DNA from: an uncultured Gemmatimonadales bacterium
Lineage (GTDB): Bacteria; Gemmatimonadota; Gemmatimonadetes; Longimicrobiales; RSA9
NCBI GenBank assembly: GCA_963728445.1
Contig: CAVSJO010000003.1
Location: 30,083-94,082 of the forward strand
Direction of reading: 5' to 3'
Length of the DNA stretch: 64,000 nt
This document shows, piece by piece, positions 55,540 to 64,000 of this stretch. Position numbers and translations under genes: made by a program. Within the stretch, counting starts at the first letter, position 1. Each line of letters opens with the position of its first letter. Below the pieces are notes generated by a model, which was given only the letters and a program-made list of their open reading frames with translations, was not told the DNA's origin and ran no database searches.

Positions 55540-57675
55540 CTAGCCGCGGCCGAGCGCCCGCACCAGGTAGTCGACGATTGCGTTCTGCTGCGCCGGCGTG
55601 GTCGTATCCAGGAAGCCGCGTCGGTTGAAATCCTCGACCAGGAGCCGCCACTCCTGCTCCGTTCTGCGCGTCGATACGATCCGGTCGGCCGAGTGGCAGC
55701 TGGTGCAGGCCTCCTGCACCAGCTCACGGCCCGGCAGCTCCGGCAGCTGCGCTCCCTCCATGCCGCCGAGATACCCGTCTGGCGGAGGCTCCACGGGCGG
55801 CGGCGACAGCGGCTTCCGGGGCTCCATCGACGGGACCGGTGCGTCCGCGTTCAGCGCGAACGTGTACAGGCGTCCCGGAGCGTGGCTGCCGCCTCGCCCG
55901 GTCATGACCGAGACGTACTGGCGGCCGTCGATCCTGTAGGTGACCGGATTCGCGAATCCCGGCGCGAGAGGAAACTCCCAGACCTTCTCGCCCGTGTCCG
56001 CGCGATAGGCGTCGAACGTTCCGCTGCCGTTGCCGTGGAACACCAGGTTGCCCGCCGTGGTGAGCGTGCCCCCGCTCACCCCCGGCCTGTCGAATCGGAT
56101 GCGCCAGCGTTCCTTCTGTGTGACGGGATCCCAGGCAACCAGGAACGCCCCGGAGCCGCCCAGGCCCACCACCTGCGGATCCATCTCCCGATCCCGGCCG
56201 CCCTGGAATGCCGCAGTGCTACGGGCGCCGGGTCCGCCGGAGGCGGCGGCGCCTCCCGATCCCCCATCGGGGGAGGGCCGCCGTCGCCCCATTCCGAGGC
56301 CCATCCGCCCCGGCTGGACCGAGAAGTCGGGGTCCACGGAATACCAGCGCGACGTCTCCTGCCCCGGCACGTAGACGAGGCCGGTGGCCGGATTCCACGA
56401 CATCGCATGCCAGTTGTGCGCTCCGTCGGAACCCGGCGAGACCTCGGCGCCCTGGATCCCGTAGCGGGCGACGTCGGTCTCGATGGGGCGACCGGCCGAA
56501 TCGTATCCGCTTGCCCACGTGACCTTCGTGAACGGCTTTGCCGACAGGAACTCGCCCGTCACGCGGTCGAGGACGAAGAAGAACCCGTTCTTCGGAGCCT
56601 GCATGATGGCGTGGCGCTTCCGGCCGTCCAGGACGAGATCGGCGAGAATGAGCGGCTGCGTCGCGGCGTAGTCCCAGTCGTCGCCCGGCGTCGTCTGATA
56701 GTGCCAAACGTATTCGCCCGTCCGCGGACGAACCGCCATGATCGAGGCCAGATACAGGTTGTCGCCGCCTCCGGGGCTGCGGATGTCGCGGGGCCACGGC
56801 CCCCCATTGCCGACCCCGACGTACAGGAGGTCGAGCTCCGGGTCGTAGGCCATCCCGTCCCACACCGTCCCGCCGCCTCCGTACCTCCACCACGCCCCGC
56901 TCCACGTCTTCGCGGCACGGGCGAGCGCTTCGCTCTCGAACGGCTTCGTGGGGTCGCCGGGAACGGTGTAGAAGCGCCAGACGAGCTCTCCCGTCTCGGC
57001 ATCGTACGCGGACACGTATCCCCGGATCCCGAACTCGGCGCCGCTGTTGCCGACGATCACCATTCCGTCGATGATCCGGGGCGCACCCGTGATGCTGTAG
57101 TCGTCCTCGGGGCTCGTGACCGCCGCGGTCCAGACCTCCGTGCCCGTCTTCGCGTCGAGGGCGACCAGTCGGCCGTCCAGCGTTCCGACGTAGACCCTGC
57201 CTTCGTACAGGGCGACGCCGCGATTCACGGGACCGCAGCACAGCGCGGGACCGCGGCGGTATCGGACTCCCAGCGAATCCGTGACCCACTCCTGATGGGG
57301 GATCTGCGGGTCCCAGCGCCACTTCTCCTCCCCCGTCCTTGCGTCCACCGCGAAGACGACGCTCCAGGTCAGGGTGCCGTATAGCGTGCCGCCGGCCTCG
57401 ATCGGGGTGCCTTCGATCTGACCCGCGTAGGACGCCGGCTGGTACGACCACGCGAGGCCGAGCTGGCCTGCGTTGCCGGCGTCGATCTGGTCCAGCGGAC
57501 TGAAGTGGGTCTCGGAATAGTCCCGGCCATAGCCGAGCCAGTCGTCGGCCGGCGCAGCAAGCAGTTCCCGATCGCCGGGATACCGTCCGGTGTCCGTTCC
57601 GTCGATCGCCGCGCACGCTCCCGCCGTGAGCAGCAATAGCGCCGGAAGCAACCACCGTCGTGTCATGCCCATCAT
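55540..57675 (-). CDS. PQQ-dependent dehydrogenase (methanol/ethanol family) with a C-terminal c-type cytochrome
   Basis: Lipobox-like TAGAC, vicinal LCCGPVNRG, NSGAEFG, WDGMAYD, PGDDWDYAATQ, APKNGFF, GGTLTTAGNLVF and CxxCH (ACTSCH). Confidence 0.9.
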   Translation of the reverse strand: MMGMTRRWLLPALLLLTAGACAAIDGTDTGRYPGDRELLAAPADDWLGYGRDYSETHFSPLDQIDAGNAGQLGLAWSYQPASYAGQIEGTPIEAGGTLYGTLTWSVVFAVDARTGEEKWRWDPQIPHQEWVTDSLGVRYRRGPALCCGPVNRGVALYEGRVYVGTLDGRLVALDAKTGTEVWTAAVTSPEDDYSITGAPRIIDGMVIVGNSGAEFGIRGYVSAYDAETGELVWRFYTVPGDPTKPFESEALARAAKTWSGAWWRYGGGGTVWDGMAYDPELDLLYVGVGNGGPWPRDIRSPGGGDNLYLASIMAVRPRTGEYVWHYQTTPGDDWDYAATQPLILADLVLDGRKRHAIMQAPKNGFFFVLDRVTGEFLSAKPFTKVTWASGYDSAGRPIETDVARYGIQGAEVSPGSDGAHNWHAMSWNPATGLVYVPGQETSRWYSVDPDFSVQPGRMGLGMGRRRPSPDGGSGGAAASGGPGARSTAAFQGGRDREMDPQVVGLGGSGAFLVAWDPVTQKERWRIRFDRPGVSGGTLTTAGNLVFHGNGSGTFDAYRADTGEKVWEFPLAPGFANPVTYRIDGRQYVSVMTGRGGSHAPGRLYTFALNADAPVPSMEPRKPLSPPPVEPPPDGYLGGMEGAQLPELPGRELVQEACTSCHSADRIVSTRRTEQEWRLLVEDFNRRGFLDTTTPAQQNAIVDYLVRALGRG

Positions 57676-57875
57676 CGCAGCGACCTCGCCCCCTCTGGTC
57701 GACATTGCCCGCCGGGCAACAGCACGAGTATCCGAAGGGGGAATCCTTGAAGCGGCGGATCTTACCAACTCCGGACGCAGGAACGGAGCAAGCTCGATGT
57801 CGGCCGGAACTGGTCGCGGTTCGGGCGACGGCGCATATTCTGCCGGGCCCACGTGCTTCCGATCGCGAAAGCGAC

Positions 57876-59350
57876 GTGCGGCGGACGACCATCCTGGATC
57901 GCCACGACAGCCCGGAGGAGCGGATTCCCGACAGCGGCCCTCTCCACGTAGATCGATTCTTCGACCCCGACCGGGGCGTACGACGCGTTGCGCGGAGTCT
58001 CTGGGAGGAGGCGAAGTCGCTTCCGCTCGTCTGCCCCCACGGACACGTGGATCCCGCCAGTCCTCGCCGAGGACCGCCCCTTCCTGGAGCCGATGAGTGC
58101 GTTGATCCATCCGGACCACTACCTCGTCCGGATGCTCTACTCGCGTGGCGTTCGCCTCGAATCGCTCGGGCTTCCGAGCCGCGACGGGACACCGGGCGAG
58201 CCTGACCCGCGTCGTGGCTGGCAGGCGTTCGCGGACCACGTTCATCTTTTCCGGGCAACGCCTTCGGGCGCGTGGCTGAACTTCGTGCTCCACGAGGTCT
58301 TCGGCGTGGACAGGACGCTGACGGCCGGGACGGCACCGTCGATATACGACGAGATCCGCGAGAAGCTGGCGGCTCCGGAGTTCCGCCCTCGGGCACTCTT
58401 CGAGCGCTTCGGCATCGAGGTTCTCGCCACCACGGATGCGGCGGAGGATCCGCTGGAGGCGCATCGACGGCTCGCGGAGTCGGGCTGGGCGGGCCGCGTG
58501 ATTCCCACGTTCCGACCGGACGCACTCTTCCACATCGCGGATCCCGGGTGGCCCGCCCGCCTGGAGGACCTCGAAGGGGCGTGCGGCTACGGGATCAGGG
58601 ACTACGACGCGTTCGTCCGAGCGCTGGAGGACCGGCGGACCTTCTTTCGTTCGATGGGAGCCACGGCCACGGACCACGCCGTCGTTCAGCCTCGCGTGAC
58701 GGGAACGTCACGAGAAGCCGCGGCCCGAGCTTTCGCGGCCGCGCTCGAGGGGCGGGCGGACGCGGAAGACCAGCGTCGCTTCGAAGGCTGGATGCTGATG
58801 GAGATGGCGCGCATGTCGGCCGACGACGGGATGGTGATGCAGCTCCGTGCGGGCGCCCTCCGCAATCACGATCGAGCGCTGTTCGACCGCTATGGTCCCG
58901 ATCGGGGCGGGGACATCCCCGTCGCCGTGGAATTCACACGGAGCCTGCAGCCGTTGCTCAACGAGTACGGAAACGAGCCACGGCTCACCCTCGTGCTCTT
59001 CACGCTGGACGAGTCGACCTATGCGCGGGAGCTGGCCCCCCTCGCCGGACACTACCCGGCCCTCCGCCTGGGGCCACCGTGGTGGTTCCACGACTCCGTC
59101 GAGGGCATTCGCCGGTACCTCGACAGGACGGTGGAAACGGCAGGATTCTACAACCTCGTCGGCTTCAACGACGACGCCCGCGTGCTCTTCTCGATCCCGG
59201 CTCGCCATGACATGGCTCGCAGAGTCAGCGCGAACTGGCTCGCAGCGCGGGTCGGCCGAGCACGTCCTGGACCTGCAGGACGCTCGGGAGCTGATCCGCG
59301 CCCTCGCCTACGACCTGCCGAAGGAGGCGTACCGGCTCGTGCCTGGATGA
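57876..59350 (+). CDS. uxaC: Uronate isomerase, with two +1 frameshifts (about 58059 and 59254)
   Basis: Motifs PLVCPHGHVDP, PDHYLVRMLYS, PTFRPD, GATATDH, GGDIP, LGPPWWFHDS, GFNDD and SIPARHDMARR; start uncertain. Confidence 0.9.
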
Positions 59351-59395
59351 GCTCGCGGCCTCGGCGGCCGGCAGACGCCCGTTGGAATCACACCG

Positions 59396-60613
59396 TCAGG
59401 CGATCTGGGGAGCAGCGAGATCCCGCGCCAGCACGAGCGCCGCGGCCCCGCGGAGGCGCGGGTAGGGCTCGTGGTCCGGGACGACGGGAGTCTCGGCGGC
59501 TGCCGGCGTGAGCGCCCGGGCCCGGAGCACGACTCGCAGGGGGGGTTCGATGATGTCCCAGGCCGCAGCGATGTCGCCGGCGATGTAGATCCGCGCCGGA
59601 TTCAATGCGTGAACCGCTACAGAAACACCGTGACCCAGGAACCGACCCGTTTCTTCCAGGGCGGCGCGTGCTCTCCCGTCGCCGTCGCGGGCGCGCGCGA
59701 TCAATTCGGCGATCGTGAGCTCGATGTCCGTCAGTCGCGGCGCAATCGCCTCCGAACCCGCTCCATCCCCAGGTAGCGCGCGAGCGTGGCGAGGTTCGAC
59801 GTGTGGGCCTCCAGGCACCCGCGGGACCCGCACATGCACGGGGGCCCGGCCGGGTCGATGACCACGTGACCCAGCTCGCCGGCCAGGTGGCCGTGTCCCC
59901 GGACGACCTGCCCGTTCACGGCGACGCCGGCGCCGACACCTTCGAAGATGCTGATGTAGACGAAGTCGCCGCCCTGGTGCTCCGTCTCACCACCGAGCCA
60001 CAGCTGAGCCAGTGCAGTGGCCCGGGCTGCATTCTCGATGAACACCGGGTGTCCCGTCGCCTCCTGGAGCGCATCACGGATGTTCACGTCGCGCCACCCG
60101 AGCTGGGGCGCGTTCAGCACGCGTCCGGTTTCCTGCTCCACCATGCCCGGTACCACCAGTCCGATGCCCTCGCAGCTTCCACGCTTGCGGTGGGTGCCCA
60201 GACTCGCGTCGATTCGCGACGCCACCTCGGCTACTACCCTCGTCCGGATCGGTGAGCGTCCGGAAGGACTCCAGGTGGATCGGGGTCCCGCCGAAGTCGC
60301 TCAGCATCAGCTGCGTGTGACCGAACCGGATGTCCACGGCCACCACGAGGCGGTCTTCGGTGCGGATCCTCAGGAGCTTCGGTTTCCGTCCGCGCGGGAT
60401 GTCGACGGTATCGCCCTCGACGATCTTGCCCTCGTCCAGGAGCTCCGAGACGAGCGCGGTGATCGTCCCCCGGCTCATCTTCAGGTGGCGCGCCAGATCC
60501 GCGCGGGAGAGGGCGTCGTGCTCGTGGAGCAGGTTGAGCAGAATCCGTCGGTTGACGTCCCGGGCCGTGCCGCGGGTCGCACGGCGGAAGTCGTTGACGT
60601 TGATCTTTCTCAG
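59396..60613 (-). CDS. ROK family transcriptional repressor (NagC/XylR-like), with two frameshifts (about 60238 and 59760)
   Basis: HTH NRRILLNLL...LSRADLARHLKMSRGTITALV, GRKP, GIGLVVPG, IENAA, GVGAG and GELGH...CMCGSRGCLE. Start appears to be CTG 60613 after GGGAGG. Confidence 0.85.
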
Positions 60614-60674
60614 GGGGTCCTCCCCTCGGGAATGCTTGCGTCCCGGGAGGCCGGGTGGTATTCTGTTCAGCGAT

Positions 60675-60695
60675 TTAGTTCTCGCATCAAACAAA
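60675..60695. promoter_or_regulatory. ROK (NagC/XylR-type) operator 1
   Basis: TTAGTT-N9-AACAAA, upstream of the ROK gene. Confidence 0.65.
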
Positions 60696-60800
60696 GTCGC
60701 TGATCACCCGACATCCTGGCAAGCCTTACGACTTCCGGAGCGGGGTCTGGCCCTTGTCCCTCCCTTGCGGCAGACCCCCTTGACATAAAAATCCGCCTTA

Positions 60801-60819
60801 TTGTTTGGAGTACGAACAA
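60801..60819. promoter_or_regulatory. ROK (NagC/XylR-type) operator 2
   Basis: TTGTT-N9-AACAA, just upstream of the ECF sigma RBS; a consensus TTGACA lies at 60780-60785. Confidence 0.65.
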
Positions 60820-60836
60820 ACTGTCGGGAGGTGCGT

Positions 60837-61433
60837 ATGGCCCGTCCGCTGCCGCTGCCTGAAACACAACTGCGTGACTCCCAATCGCCCGGCGCCGCCG
60901 GAGCCCAGCTCATGCCCCGCATCCGCGCCGGCGAGGCCGGTGCGCTCGATGGCCTGGTCCGACAGCACTGGTCGTGCCTGGTCCGGTACGCGCACCGGAT
61001 GCTGGGCTCGGACGACGAAGCCAAGGACGTCGCCCAGGAGGTCTTCATCCGCGCGTGGGAGACGCGGGAACGGTGGCAGCCGGGCGGTTCCGAAAAGGCC
61101 TTCCTGATCCACGTAGCCCGCAACCTCTGCCTTCAGCGCCTCCGCCGCGCCAGGGTCCGTCAACGCTCCAAGCCGAAGGTCGGGCCAGGGTCGAAGGCGC
61201 GCCCTCGCACCCCGATGGACGAGGTGTATCACGGGGAGCTCAGACAGGCCCTGCTCAGAGCCCTCGGATGCCTCCCCGACCGGCGCCGGGAGGCGTTCGT
61301 CCTGGTGCGTGTGGACGGCCTGAGCCTCGGAGCAGCCGCCGAACGAATGGGGGTGACCAAGCGGACGGTGGCCAACCACGTCGACATGGCCCGCTGCGAC
61401 CTCAGACAGACGCTCCAGGCGTTCGCGAACTGA
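60837..61433 (+). CDS. ECF sigma-70 factor
   Basis: Region 2 AKDVAQEVFIRAW...VARNLCL; region 4 LPDRRREAFVL...GLSLGAAAERMGVTKRTVANH; GGGAGG upstream. Confidence 0.9.
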   Translation: MARPLPLPETQLRDSQSPGAAGAQLMPRIRAGEAGALDGLVRQHWSCLVRYAHRMLGSDDEAKDVAQEVFIRAWETRERWQPGGSEKAFLIHVARNLCLQRLRRARVRQRSKPKVGPGSKARPRTPMDEVYHGELRQALLRALGCLPDRRREAFVLVRVDGLSLGAAAERMGVTKRTVANHVDMARCDLRQTLQAFAN

Positions 61434-61467
61434 GCGGCGAGGGCACATCCACACCTGGAGGACCGCG

Positions 61468-62251
61468 ATGGAAGTCGATCATCCAGCAGGACTACGAGCA
61501 GATGAGCAGGCTCGCGGCGCAGTTCGTCGTCGAGGTCATCAACGCCAAGCCCAGCGCCGTGCTGGGCATGGCGACCGGGTCCACCCCGCTGGGGCTCTAT
61601 CAGGAACTGGTGCGGCTGCACAGGGAAGAACAACTCGATTTCTCCCGCGTCACGACCTTCAACCTCGACGAATACGTGGGTCTGGGAGCGAATCATCCGC
61701 AGAGCTACTATTACTTCATGCACGAGAATTTCTTCAAGCACGTAAACATACCACCCCATAATATCAATATCCCATCCGGGACCACCAGTAACTACCCGGC
61801 CTTCTGCGAATGGTACGAACAGCGCATCGCGGATTCTGGCGGAATCGACCTGCAGATCCTGGGCATCGGCTCGGATGGCCACATCGCGTTCAACGAGCCG
61901 ACCAGCTCACTCAGCTCACGCACGCGACTCAAGACGCTGTCGAGGCAGACGATCGGCGACAACGCGCGATTCTTCGAGCGCCGGGAGGACGTGCCGATCT
62001 ACGCGATCACGATGGGCGTCGGAACCATTCTGGACGCACGAAAGCTGATCCTTGTGGCAAGCGGATCGGGCAAGGCCGACGCCATTTCGAAGGCCGTCGA
62101 AGGCCCCGTCACGAGCATGATCACCGCGAGTGCCCTTCAGATGCACCGCGATGCGACGGTGATCGTCGACAGGGAGGCGGCCGCTGCACTCACGATGCGT
62201 GACTACTACGACTTCATCTACGCCGCGAAGCCGGCGGCGCCACGGTTCTGA
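61468..62251 (+). CDS. nagB: Glucosamine-6-phosphate deaminase, +1 frameshift at 61477
   Basis: GGAGG + ATG GAA GTC [G] ATC ATC (MEV-II); LGMATGSTP, FNLDEYVGL, GIGSDGHIAFNEP and ITMGVGTIL. Confidence 0.95.
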
Positions 62252-62283
62252 ACGGTCGGTGCGCCTCCTCCGGTGAGGTTTCC

Positions 62284-63564
62284 ATGACAGCACTACCCGG
62301 GCGGTGGGCAGCGGTGATCCTGCCTGCTCTGCTGGTGGCCATCAGTCTGCCGGCGCGCGCCCAGACTCCCGCTCCGGGCGACCCGTTGCCGCCGTGGACG
62401 CCCGGTACGCTGGACATCCACCACATTGCCACCGGCGAAGGGAACGCGACCTTCTTCGTCCTGCCCGATGGAACGACCATGCTCGTCGACGCCGGGGCAG
62501 CGGTGGCCGGACGCGCGCCGATCGCGCCTCCGGTCCCGGACGACGGCCGCCGCGCCGGTGAGCACATCGCCGCCTATGTCCGTGGCATGATGCCGGCGGG
62601 TCGAGAGCCGGCCATCGACTATGCCGTCATCACGCACTTCCACGGCGACCACATGGGCTTCGTGAGCGACGCGTCCCCCCGCTCGCGTCGCGGCGATTAC
62701 CGCCTGGCCGGCATCACCGACGTGGCCGAGGCCGTGCCCGTCCACAAGCTGATCGACCGGGGGTGGCCCGACTACGACTATCCGGCTCCGGTCCCGAACA
62801 TCGGGAACTACCGCCGTTTCATCGCCGCGCACACGCAGGCGGGCGACCTGACCGTCGCCCGCTTCGAGCCTGGCCGGAACGACCAGCTGCGCCTGCTCCG
62901 CAGCGCCGCGAAGTACCCGACGTTCGAGATCCGCAACCTGGCCGCGAACGGCGAGGTCTGGACGGGATCGGGCGACGCGACCCGCAGCGTGTTTCCACCG
63001 CTCGGCACGCTTGCGAAGGACGACTGGCCGAACGAAAACATCTGCTCGGTCGCCTTCCTGCTTCGCTATGGGGCGTTCTCGTACTTCACCGGCGGTGACC
63101 AGGAGGGCGTGCCGCCCGACGGCTTCCCGGCATGGCAGAACGTGGAGACGCCCATCGCCGAGGCGATCGGCCATCCGGTGGACGTAGTCGTCGTCGATCA
63201 CCATGGCTCGATCGAGCCCGCGAACGCGTTCTTTCTGAAGACGCTGCGCCCGCGCGTGGACGTGGTTCCCGCGTGGTCGACGACGCATCCGGCGCCGGTG
63301 GTGCTCAAGCGCCTGTTGAACGAACGGATCTACCCGGAGCCTCGGGACATCTTCATCCTGGAATTTCGCGACGCGACGAAGGCCGCCATCGGGCCGCGGG
63401 CGACGCAGGTCGCCAGCGATCACGGCCACGTCGTGGTGCGTGTAGCGCCCGGCGGCGCGTCCTACATGGTGTACGTGCTCGACGACAGGTCGGACGCCCA
63501 TGCGATACTGTCCGTCCACGGCCCCTACACCTCGGGCGCCCGGAGCGAGACGCCGTCCCACTAG
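62284..63564 (+). CDS. Exported ComEC/Rec2-like metallo-beta-lactamase-fold hydrolase
   Basis: Signal peptide, TLDIHHI..GEG.ATF, TMLVDAG, THFHGDH, NENICSV, YFTGGD and DHHGS. Confidence 0.8.
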   Translation: MTALPGRWAAVILPALLVAISLPARAQTPAPGDPLPPWTPGTLDIHHIATGEGNATFFVLPDGTTMLVDAGAAVAGRAPIAPPVPDDGRRAGEHIAAYVRGMMPAGREPAIDYAVITHFHGDHMGFVSDASPRSRRGDYRLAGITDVAEAVPVHKLIDRGWPDYDYPAPVPNIGNYRRFIAAHTQAGDLTVARFEPGRNDQLRLLRSAAKYPTFEIRNLAANGEVWTGSGDATRSVFPPLGTLAKDDWPNENICSVAFLLRYGAFSYFTGGDQEGVPPDGFPAWQNVETPIAEAIGHPVDVVVVDHHGSIEPANAFFLKTLRPRVDVVPAWSTTHPAPVVLKRLLNERIYPEPRDIFILEFRDATKAAIGPRATQVASDHGHVVVRVAPGGASYMVYVLDDRSDAHAILSVHGPYTSGARSETPSH

Positions 63565-63566
63565 CG

Positions 63567-64000
63567 TCAGCGCGCCGCCGGCCTCCAGCCCAGCAGCAGC
63601 CCCACCACCAGCACGGTCACCGAACCCACCACGTTGAGCCAGAGGTAGGCGACTTCCGGCGCGCCGAAGGTCACGGCGGCTACCGCGCACATGCCGGCGA
63701 TCAGCCCCCAGAAGGCGCCCCGGCCGCGCGTGCCCGGGATCATGGCCAGGACGAAGACGCCCAGGATCGATCCATAGAAGAACGATCCGAACCGGTTGAC
63801 CACCTCGATGAGGGAGCCCAGCGTGGCCGCATAGGTGGCCACGACGCAGGCGAAGAGGCCCCAGAAGCCCGTCGTGATCTTGGACACGCGCAGCAGGTGG
63901 GAGTCCGAGCCGTCGGGGCGTACCCAGCGCCGGTAGAAGTCCACGACGGTGGCCGTGGAGAGCGAGTTCAGCTCGGCGGCGATGCTGGACATGGCGGCCG
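63567..64000 (-). CDS. Sodium:solute symporter, C-terminal part (gene runs off the window)
   Basis: [25 protein letters not shown] and [17 protein letters not shown]. Confidence 0.85.
   Translation of the reverse strand, partial: AAMSSIAAELNSLSTATVVDFYRRWVRPDGSDSHLLRVSKITTGFWGLFACVVATYAATLGSLIEVVNRFGSFFYGSILGVFVLAMIPGTRGRGAFWGLIAGMCAVAAVTFGAPEVAYLWLNVVGSVTVLVVGLLLGWRPAAR

Noticed and set aside
56660-56690. Lanthanide-dependent PQQ dehydrogenase
   Set aside because: The motif is DWDYA, lacking the additional Asp of XoxF/PedH-type enzymes.
57715-57721. TTGCCC-N3-GGGCAA near the PQQ/uxaC divergent region as an operator
   Set aside because: Only 6-bp GC-rich arms, likely by chance; it does not resemble the ROK sites.
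60780-60810. TTGACA as a complete sigma70 promoter
   Set aside because: No acceptable -10 hexamer at 16-18 nt spacing was found, so it is mentioned only as context for the ROK operator.
4980-61477. Frameshifts as programmed ribosomal frameshifting or phase variation
   Set aside because: No slippery heptamers or long homopolymers at the sites; the events are numerous, nearly all +1, and occur in unrelated genes such as nagB and uxaC.

Overview
A very GC-rich, gene-dense bacterial window. The Hanks kinase/TolB-like/TPR proteins, exported peptidases and lipoproteins suggest a Gemmatimonadota-like organism (inference). About 55 CDSs are supported. I found no rRNA, tRNA, CRISPR array, transposase or integrase. 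Bases 1-50 kb hold mostly exported hydrolases and peptidases (VPS10/BNR propeller, DUF885, two beta-lactamase-fold hydrolases, D-aminoacylase, cyanophycinase-like, tricorn, M28, GGT, CPBP), orphan sensor kinases and small TetR/ArsR modules with visible palindromic operators. They also hold xdhC-mocA, a vanadium haloperoxidase/PAP2-like lipoprotein and a two-domain cupredoxin-like lipoprotein. Bases 50.3-64 kb form a sugar-acid/amino-sugar locus. It has the complete hexuronate isomerase route (uxaC, uxuB, uxuA, kdgK, eda) headed by an exported PQQ dehydrogenase-cytochrome c fusion and an exported amidohydrolase. It also has a ROK repressor with two operators, an ECF sigma, nagB, an exported MBL-fold hydrolase and an SSS transporter. 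The two best leads are (i) this sugar locus and (ii) two toxin-less AbiEi-DUF559 nuclease genes in palindrome- and tandem-repeat-rich intergenic DNA, whose motifs recur at gene-less sites. Six genes carry nine frame breaks, eight of them single-base insertions, which most likely reflect sequencing or assembly error. All calls come from visual motif recognition; no searches were run.
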